64,000 nt of DNA from the human T2T-CHM13v2.0 reference genome, Homo sapiens. The stretch lies in NCBI RefSeq assembly GCF_009914755.1, contig NC_060931.1, one strand, 5' to 3'. The position numbers were made by a program, and so were the translations under genes. Numbering within the stretch: position 1 is the stretch's first letter; the number at the start of each line of letters is the position of its first letter. The notes beneath the pieces are model-generated. The model searched no databases, was not told the origin of the DNA, and was given only the letters and a program-made list of their open reading frames with translations. Of this stretch, positions 47,669-64,000 are shown piece by piece.

Positions 47669-47923
47669 AAGATGAATATTATTATATCCTTTTTACAGGC
47701 AAAGTTGCTGAAGCATGAGTTAAGCACCTTACCCAACGTCACACACCTGGTAAGAAGTGGAGCTGGGATTCGGATGTAGTCAGGCCCAGAGTCTGTGTTC
47801 TTACCTGCTGTTCTGTCTTTCCTGGAAAAGATTTGACTAGCTGGACCTTGCCAGCTGGAGGAGATTTTTACCGGCTGAGTATATGCAAGATAACACAATG
47901 CAGGGTATAGTTCTGCAAATGAG

Positions 47924-48770
<847 letters not shown>

Positions 48771-48964
48771 ATGAAGATGAGTTGTTTAGTGTCTTATGAA
48801 GATACTGAAGGTGGGAAATATGCATTAAAAAACAGAAGAAAGAGGTTGAGTGCGATGGCTCTGGTCTGTAATCTTAGCACTTTGGGAGGCCAAGGCAGGA
48901 AGATCACTTGAAGCCAGGAGTTCAAGGCCAGCTTGGACAACACAGTGAGATCCCATCTGTATTT

Positions 48965-49262
48965 CTTTTTGTTGTTGTTGTTGTCCAGACAGAGTCTCAC
49001 TCCATCACCCAGGCGGGAGTGCAGTGGCTTGATCTCGACTCACTGCAACCTCCACCTTCTGGGTTCAAGCGATTATTGTACCTCAGCTTCCTGAGTAGCT
49101 GGAATAACAGGCATGCACCACCACACCTGGCTAATTTTTTGTATTTTTAGTAGAGACAGGGTTTCACCATGTTGGCCAGGCTGGTCTCCACACCTCAGGT
49201 GATCTGCCCACCTTGGCCTCCCAAAGTGCTGGGATTACAGGAGTCAGCCACTGTGCCTGGCC
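48965..49262 (-). mobile_element. Alu inserted at the end of a sense Alu left monomer (48843-48960)
   Basis: TSD-like cccatct(g/c)tatt. Confidence 0.88.
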
Positions 49263-49921
49263 CCATCTCTATTCTTTAAAAATATAAAGTAAAAATAGAG
49301 GAAAGATGGAAGACTATCCGGTCTTCATCTGGAAGTCGTCATCTTCCAGATAAAAACAGGAGGTATGCTGTATAGAGGGCTCTAAAAACCAAACAGCAGA
49401 GCCCAGACTCACCCCACTAGTCTGGTGAGTCTAACTAAAGATGAATAAAAAACCAACCAGGGGAGACAGAAAGTAGAATAGTGCTTACCCACTACTAGGG
49501 GTCACCCCCATCTGTGGAGGAGGGATGGATAGAGGAGTGACTGATAATGAAGATGGGGCTTTGGGGTAGAAGTGATGAAAATGTTCCAAAATTGGTTTTT
49601 GTGACATTGCATAACTCTATGACTATACTAAAAACCATTGGCTTGTACACAGCAAGCAGGTGAATTATGTGGTCCGTGAATTCTTTCTCAGAAGCTGATG
49701 GCTATCGGATGACCAGTCCTTCAACAAGATGAAGACAGATTGAGTATCAATTATTGGTTCACAATGGCCTGGAACGTTTCTCTCTGGTTAACCCTGAGAT
49801 TTTGCCTGTCCCTTCTTTTGTCAGAGCAGCACAGAGTACAGCAGGTGATCCAATCGGGGTCAAATTTTAAACCAGCAGAACTGGTCATGGTAGAGTCCTG
49901 AGTGGGAATTTAGAAACCAAG

Positions 49922-50471
49922 TCTGATGGTTAATACTGGGTGTCAACTTGATTGGATTGAAGGATACAAAGTATTGTTTCTGCATGTATTTATGAGGGTA
50001 TTGTCAAAGGAGATTAACATTTGAGTCACTGGACTGGGAGAGGCAGACCCACCCTCAATCTGTTTGGGCATCATCTAATCAGCTGCCAGCGTGGCTAGGA
50101 TAAAAGCAGGCAGAGGAATGTGGAAGGACTAGATTGGCTGAGTCTTCTGGCCTCCATCTTTTTCCTGTGCCAAATGCTTCCTGCCCTTGAACATCAGACT
50201 CCAATTTCTTCAGCTTTTGGACTCTTGGGCTTACACCAGTGAATTGCCAGGGGCTCTTGGACCTTCTGCCACAGATTGAAGGCTGCACTGTCAACTTCCC
50301 TACTTTAGAGGTTTTGGGATTCAGACAGGTTTCTTTACTCCTCAGCTTGCAGACGGCTTATTGCGGGACTTCACCTTGTGATCATGTGAGTCAATTCTCC
50401 TTAATAAACTCCCCTTTATATATACATCTATCTTATGAGTCCTGTCCCTCTAGAGAACCCTCACTAATACA
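49922..50471 (+). mobile_element. MLT2A-type ERVL LTR
   Basis: tgatggttaatactgggtgtcaacttgattggattgaagga...ctagagaaccctcactaataca. Confidence 0.85.
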
Positions 50472-51363
50472 CCAAGGAACATCCTTGGTGAAGGTTTAGC
50501 ATCACACAGGACCAGACCAGCTGAGGCTGCTGACCTCCCTGGGCCTGGTAGAGAATCCTGGTCAATTGCAGTGTGTTGTGGGTAAGGTCAGGTTGAAGAC
50601 TGGTACTTTTCCTTGGTCTAGCAAAGGAGAGTTCGTAAAGCAATCCAGCCAGGGGCCAAGTGAATGCTGGCACATTTCAGGAAGAGAAAAGTCACAGTGA
50701 AGAAGATAGACATTCTCCACCTTTCTTTTTTTCCCTGTCCTGCTAGTCTTCCAATAACAGAGAAATGGCCTGTTCACTTTTGCCACCCGTGGGTTCTGTG
50801 TCCTTAGGCAGATCACTCACTTGTTGTGTAAATGAGCTTTTAATTTTCTTGTCCTTAAAACTTCACCAGCATTGAAATGTCGATTGTTCCACTAGTAGAA
50901 AATTGCCGTAACAAAACTTTTGGTCCCTTAGATGAAAAGCACTAATTATAAACTCTCTGGAGTTGTGGCATGGGCTGTTGTAGATAATTAATGTTTCAGT
51001 TAATAGAATTCTACTACAGAAGCAAGACATGGAGAGATAGATGGTAAAAAACAAACAAACAAACAAAAACCCTCCACAAAATTCTGTTTGCTTTCTTCAG
51101 GGGACCAGTCTGGAGAAGGCTGGTTGACAGAGGGTGTTGCTTCCATTGAGGGAATTCACATCACACTAGAAGAGGCATTATTATAAAATATTACTCAGGA
51201 ATATGGACAGATGCAGTGGGTCATGCCTATAATCCCAGCATTTTGGGAGGCTGAAGTGGGAGGATTGTTGAGACCAGGAGTTCAAGACCAGCCTGGGCAT
51301 CATAGCAAGACCCCATCTCTACAGAAAAATTTTTAAAATTAGATGGATGTGGTGGTGCGTGCC

Positions 51364-52373
<1,010 letters not shown>

Positions 52374-52598
52374 TGGCTGTAGTCTCGGACACTCAGGAGG
52401 CTGAGATGAGAGGATTGCTTAAGCTCAAGAGTTGGAGGCTGCAGTGAGCTGTAATCATTCCACTGCACACCAGCCTTGGCAACTGAGTGAAACCCTGTCT
52501 CTAAAAGAAAATGAAATGAAATAAAATTTAAAAATAAACTTGTTCTATGGAGGACACTCTTATTGTATGTCAGTCCTCTTTAAAAATGTATCCATGTT

Positions 52599-53532
<934 letters not shown>

Positions 53533-53782
53533 TTTCTTTAAAACATTTGCTATTTGTTCAAACAATCAGCTGGGAAGAATGCCTACGAACCATCACAGTT
53601 GATCAGGTCCCTAAAGGAGCATCATGATCAACTTTATCACTTTCTGGGAAAGTAGGTACAGTTCACAAGGTGACACGGGATATCACTCCCTAGTTGGTCG
53701 GCTCTGCGTGGCCGTCCACAGCTGACTGCTGCCTTCCCACAGGGCTCAACGAATATGTAACTTCACAGATGAGGACAAGTGA

Positions 53783-54187
<405 letters not shown>

Positions 54188-54258
54188 TAAGCCAGATTTG
54201 AACCACAAATTTTGATATTCAGTTTACTTCCCTGTAAAATGGTGGATTTGGACTATGT

Positions 54259-54694
54259 GATATTAGTCAGGGTTCTCTAGAGGGACAGAACTAATAATAT
54301 ATGTATGTATGTATGTATATGGGTTTAATAAGTATTAACTCACAAGATGACAAGGTCCCACAATAGGCTGTCTGCAAGCTGGGGAGCAAGGAAGCCAGTC
54401 CAAGTTCCAAAACTGAAGAATTTGCAGTCCAATGTTTGAGGGCAGGAAGCATCCAGCATGGGAGAAAGATGCAGTCTGGGAGGCTAAGCTAGTCTAGTCA
54501 TTTCACGTTTTTCTGCCTGCTTTATATTCTAGCCATGCTGGTTAGTGCCCACCCAGATTAAGGGTGAGTCTGCCTTTCCCAGCCCACTGACTCAAATGTT
54601 AGTCTCCTTTGGCAACACCTTGGCAGACACACCCAGGATCAATACTTTGCATCCTTCAATCCAATCAAGTTGACACTCAGTATTAATCATCACA
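54259..54694 (-). mobile_element. MLT2A-type ERVL LTR
   Basis: tattagtcagggttctctagagggacag...caatccaatcaagttgacactcagtattaatcatcaca. Confidence 0.85.
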
Positions 54695-55036
54695 GATGCA
54701 TTGGATGAGATGTCTTCAGATTCTTCATCTGTAAAGGGGATAATAATAGTACTGTCTTATAGGGTTGTTGTGAAGATTAAATGAGATAATACATGTAAAA
54801 TGCTTAAAACAGTCCATGGCACATAGTAAGTGCTCTAGAAATAACAGCTGTTCTTGCTATCAATATTATTAGAGCAATTCTCTATTCTACAATGCTCCTC
54901 ACTTTGGGAATATTATAATAGCCCTTTTCTTTTTATTTGGTCTAGGTCATACAACCAAATAGTTATAACAAATAACCTGATCATTGGATTATCACTAATT
55001 TATGTCCTACACATGACAGACTCTGGTCGCTAATAA

Positions 55037-55355
<319 letters not shown>

Positions 55356-56491
55356 GGCCAGGAGAGACATTTTAAATGCCAAGGGATTTGCACAGAAAAG
55401 AAGGGACTCATGTTCTTGAAGCCACTCTCTTCAGAAAGCTATTCCTTATGAAATGGGAGTGCACTTACAGAATGGTGAACACCTTGCTTTTGGGTGAAAT
55501 ACATGCTATTTCTTGACATCACCTAGGTACCTTCTGCACCAGCCTGGGTAGATCAATATTTCTTTTTGCGTGACACGCTGATATTGCTGCTAGATAGCTT
55601 TCCTTTGGAAGCAAAATTCCCAGGCAGTGCCCTAGAGCTGGAGCAACATTAGCAACGTAAACTTTCTCTGCGATGACAAGCAGAGAGGCCTGCCTCCATC
55701 AACCGACATGCACTGTGACAGCTCCCAGCGGCAGGCAGATTAATCTGAATAATGTCAGAATGACTTTTCTCCTCCCTTGTAAAGAGGTTCAGTGTTGCGG
55801 GCTGCCAAGGAGCAGACACATTTTATTTTAAATTTAAGGATTTTTAAAAATGGAGGACACTTTACCTCTGAATTAAATGCTCAGTTCCTGAGTTATTGCT
55901 GGACATAAATAGGGAAGCAGCCATCCCATTAATTTTATGGAGCTGATCTGTGGGGAGAGAGTAATAGGCTTCATATTCTCCTTCTGTTGGTGCTAGATGT
56001 AGACTATAGTGAGGGGTGGAAAGGGGTAGGCTCCAGCTCTTATTTTGGTAGCTTTAATCCCCCTTTCTAGATGGTTCCAGAGTGTTTCATCTTCCAGGCC
56101 CTCTTTTTTTTTTTTTTTTTTTTGAGACAGAATTTCACTCTGTCACCCAGGCTGGAATACAGTGGCACAATCTTGGCTCATTGCAGCCTCGCTTCCTGGG
56201 TTCAAGCAATTTTCCTGCCTTAGCCTCCCGAGCATGCGCCACCACGCCTGGCTAATTTTTCGTATTTTTAGTAGGGGCAGGATTTCACCATGTTGGCCAG
56301 ACTGGTCTCGAACTCCTGACCTCGAGTGATCCATCTTTTCAGGCCCTCTTACATATCTTTCTTCTTCTGCCCTTTCTTTTTATTCCTTTTTCCACTGTAT
56401 CCTGAAAGGCTGAAAAGTAACTGCAGAAGACTCTGAAATTCAGTTCAGGGCAGAAAATAACCTTTCTTCCTTGCTCCCCCACGACCTCTGA

Positions 56492-57417
<926 letters not shown>

Positions 57418-57611
57418 TAATCCACCCACCTTGGCCTCCCATACCAAATTTTATTTGAGATTGGGAAGTCAATCATGAGTACCGATATCAGAGCCTGCAG
57501 AGCCTTCTCTTCCAACCAATGAACTATCTGCAGTACAGCATACACAAATGACCATTTGTGGTTAACCACCCGGACACCATTTCCATTTTTCATCCTGTTG
57601 ACCCTCCACAG

Positions 57612-58648
<1,037 letters not shown>

Positions 58649-59495
58649 CCTGCAGAAGTTTTAAGCAGACTTTCCCAAAGTCTGAAAATTGGGTTGGTAC
58701 TTTGCAATATCTTTTTGGAGTGTTGGGTCACAGTCTTTCCTTTTTTGGCTGCCAACATGACTCTAAAAATAGCTTCTGCTACCAGGCACGCAGAGAGTCA
58801 GGGGTAATTGACTTCATTTTCTTCCGGAAGTGTAGGCTCCTGTGTCATTAAGTCATTCTGGTAGTACATCCTTACAGCAGCAGAGAGGTTGCAACAAGCT
58901 TGCTTAACTGTTGTGAATAACATAACTACCAGTCACGCTTGATAAAGCAGTGGCCCCTTCAAAGCCCTCCGAAAACAGGCAGTGTGTGAGACCCGGGAGA
59001 GCTGGCCTGCATGGGAGGTCCTTTATACACTTGGTAGGATGCCCCAGTCAGTATTTTGGAGTTTAACTTCCGTGCATGAAGTTCAATGGACTCCCAGGCT
59101 CTTAAGAACTTCAGCTTAAAGGAAAGAGGAGAGAAATGTTTCTTGAGTGTCTTTTATGAACATTGAATTTCCGACTGTGGTTTCTGTGGCGGCTGCAGGA
59201 GGTTTCAGCTGGTGGCATGAGCCCTTCCCATGCTATAAGCAACTCTGAAGTTTCAGTTGCATGGACAGGGTCTGAGAATGACTCAGGGCAGGTTACAGCT
59301 CTTCATTTTCGAGGTCAGCTTCGTCGCCAATTCAAATTCAGGTTATTCTAGTTGAATACTGGGTCTCTGCAACTTCTCAGTTCTTTGCCTCCTGCCCCAT
59401 TCCTTCTCTAGGATGGCTTCTGGGTACGTGGGGAGAGGGAGGGTTTATTTTGTGATCAAGGGGAAGCATGACGGTCTTTACACGCACTGTTTCTC

Positions 59496-60506
<1,011 letters not shown>

Positions 60507-60711
60507 TGAGAACCAAGCAGAGGGGCTAATGTACGTGGCCTCCTGCCATGTGGCCACACTAAACCATCAGGTTCATGAGGGTGGGCTTAGGAGGATATAG
60601 ACACCTGCAGGCAGCTTCATGACACACCCGCCGTGGAAAACAGGGGTGTCTTCCGTAGCAAACTCACTATCCAACACATCTCTCCCTCTCTGGGCCAAAA
60701 TGTTAACTGAG

Positions 60712-61005
60712 GGCCGGGTGCAGTGGCTCACGCCTGTAATCCCAGCACTCTGGGAGGCCGAGGCAGGTAGATCACTTGAGGTTAGGAGTTCCAGACCAAC
60801 CTGGCCAACATGGTGAAACTCTGTCTTTACTAAAAATACAAAAATTGACTGGGCAGCGCCTGTAATCCCAGCTACTCAGGAGGCTGAGGCAAGAGAATCA
60901 CTTGAATCCGGGAGGTGGAGGCTGCAGTGAGGCGAGATGGTGTCACTGCACTCTAGCCTGGGCCAGCGAGACTCTGTCTCAAGGAAAACAAACAAACAAA
61001 CAAAC
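60712..61005 (+). mobile_element. Alu (S-like)
   Basis: TSD aaatgtta(a/c)ctga. Confidence 0.9.
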
Positions 61006-61286
61006 GAAATGTTACCTGAAAAAAACTGGAGTTCATTTGCCTGAGGATTAACAAATGACTCTCCAGGAGAACGCAGGCTTTGATCAGTAGGTGTTTTATT
61101 ACTCATCACAAGTAAGGACAGCACTGGGAATATTCTCCAAAGCGGTGTCTCTGGAGGGAAAGTGACAGGAGGGTTTTATGGGGGAATGGAGAGGGGAGAG
61201 GGTGCATCAGCACATGTAGAGGAGGGGTCTCAGTGGTGCAGATGCGGAGAGCCATCATGCCATCACCCAGTCACATGGGATGGTAA

Positions 61287-61748
<462 letters not shown>

Positions 61749-62699
61749 TAACCACATTTTGCACAGGGCTTGGGAAGAAACAGGCTGCAAGGTAGGAGGC
61801 TGTAAAATAGGCTGATTGCTGAAATCGATTAAATTCTTATAATTCCTGGAGACTGGAGACTGTCCCTTTCTGCTTCCAGAAACATGTCATCTCTTACCTC
61901 TCCCAGCTCCCTGGACCTTCTTTGCTTCCCACAGGACCTTGGGCGGGAAGCTGGGCTTTCCCCTGGAGTGCTCCTTAATGCCTCTGCACACTCAGCTTTA
62001 GCTGTGATGACAGGAGAGAGTCCTAAGTGATCCGCCTACCTTGGCCTCCCAAAGTGCTGGTATTACAAGTGTGAGCCACTGCCTTATAGTATTTTCTTAA
62101 AAGTAACTTTATTCAGGGGGAAAAAAATCCCCTAAATCTTGTAGTCGTTTCTGAGAAACGGGAATATTTTCTTGAAGAAGCTTGAAATTGCAGAGGCTTA
62201 AATCTTAAATTATATGAGGAGGGAGGAGCAGAGGCTGGCAGCCATGAAATTAGAGCTCCATAATTTGTCTACAGCCATTCAAGAGGGGAAGAAATCAGAA
62301 TGATTTTCTGCTCTGCTTCCAATCCAGATGTTGTCTTCCAGCCCAGTAGAGAAGAACAAGACCAGAGCCTAGGAGACCAATCACTTTAAAAATTATAGTG
62401 TAAAAATACTTTTTTTATTATGTATTCATTATAAAATTTATACTGTATCCATTATAAATTTAATATTCACTGTAAAAATCAAAAATACAAAAGATCATTA
62501 GATAATCACTGATAATCATAACACCCAACGATAACCATAACCAATGTTAATATTTCATGAGTAGCTTTAATATTTCACATTATTTTTTACTCCTACAAAT
62601 AATGTAAAATTTATATTTTCATATAAACATTTTGTATGTACATGTTTAAAAGTCAAATATATATTCTACAAGGCTCTACCTACTCTTTAGAGGTACCAC

Positions 62700-63046
<347 letters not shown>

Positions 63047-63494
63047 TAAATAGTACACTTTAGTCCTACATCATGCATTTTGAGATGTGGGCATTACTTC
63101 TTGACTTTGACTATGGGAGACAAGGTATTAACTGTTATTCACTCACCCGCATCCACCTCTCCCGCAAATTCACACACTACTCATTCCTTTGCTGAGGGCT
63201 TTTCCCGCCACACCAGCCAAATCTTCAGTTCTCTGATTCTCAACACTGGGTTTCCTACAATTCAATTCAATTATGACACTGATTACCCAGAGTAAGCATT
63301 CGAATCCACAGGTTTAAGGGCTCAGTCCCAAAGACTGCTCCCACTTTAGGCACTAGTCATAAATATCAGGTCTCCAGGCTATCCATATTTTTGTCCAACA
63401 TGGCTACAAATTTGGGGTTTCCCACCACCTCCCTTCAGGTTTGATGATTTGCTAGAATGAATCACAGAGCTCAAGAAAACACTGCGTACTGTTA

Positions 63495-63723
63495 CAGGTT
63501 GAGCATCCTAAATTGGAAAATCTGGAATTCAAAATGCCCCAAAATCCAACTTTTTGAGTGTCCACATAATGCTCAAAGGATAATGCTTATTGGGAAGTAT
63601 TTTGCATTTTCTGACATAGAATGCTCAGTTGGTAAGTATAATGCAAATAATCTAAAATCAAAAAAAAAATCTGAGATTTGCAACATGGGTCTCAAGTGTT
63701 TTGGTTAAGGGATACTTGACCTA
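63495..63723. mobile_element. Tigger4-like MITE inside a MER21-like LTR remnant
   Basis: TIR caggttgagcatccct ... agggatacttgaccta. Confidence 0.65.
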
Positions 63724-64000
63724 CACCAGTTCATAATAAAAGATGCAACCCCAGAATAGCTGAATGGAAGAAATGTGTGCCCACTCTTACACCACTTATT
63801 AATACTTATATTATTATAACTATTTGCATCTGATCCACATGGTATACTTTGGTTATTTTTCCCTTCCCTGCACAGCTTTTTGTTTTTCCTGTATTTAACC
63901 ATTGCCTTTCTGTTTGTTTCCTTAATTTGTTTTCTATATACTGTTAACTAATTCAGCTACATGCTTTCTACCACTTGTCTGAATTCCCTCTCAGTCCTCT

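Noticed and set aside
49405-49432. 9-bp inverted repeat agactcacc/ggtgagtct
   Set aside because: Too short to exceed chance expectation in 64 kb.

Overview
Primate (human-like) genomic DNA from inside a large spliced gene on the + strand. Three internal coding exons (4406-4572, 32049-32223, 37069-37266) splice in frame with canonical AG/GT sites. They encode part of the catalytic domain of a polypeptide N-acetylgalactosaminyltransferase, including the DxH metal-binding motif. I recognise this as GALNT17 (WBSCR17), probably exons 3-5. Over 99% of the window is intron, dense in Alus (~45 copies or fragments), L1 fragments, MaLR/ERVL/ERV1/ERVK solo LTRs, hAT/mariner MITEs and microsatellites. 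Nearly all ORFs in the track are Alu/L1 or random ORFs. I see no new protein-coding system. The most unusual structures are local duplications that independent transposon insertion does not explain: (1) a ~97%-identical 166-bp inverted repeat just upstream of exon 3, enclosing an expanded MADE1 (miR-548-type) hairpin, with older paralogous copies downstream of the exon; (2) an Alu plus unique-flank direct duplication bracketing exons 4-5; (3) a fold-back hairpin later split by an LTR; and (4) an isolated pre-miRNA-sized hairpin. There is also a consensus-like competing splice donor 11 nt past exon 5. Repeat subfamily names come from pattern recognition, not a database search, and repeat boundaries without a stated TSD are approximate.
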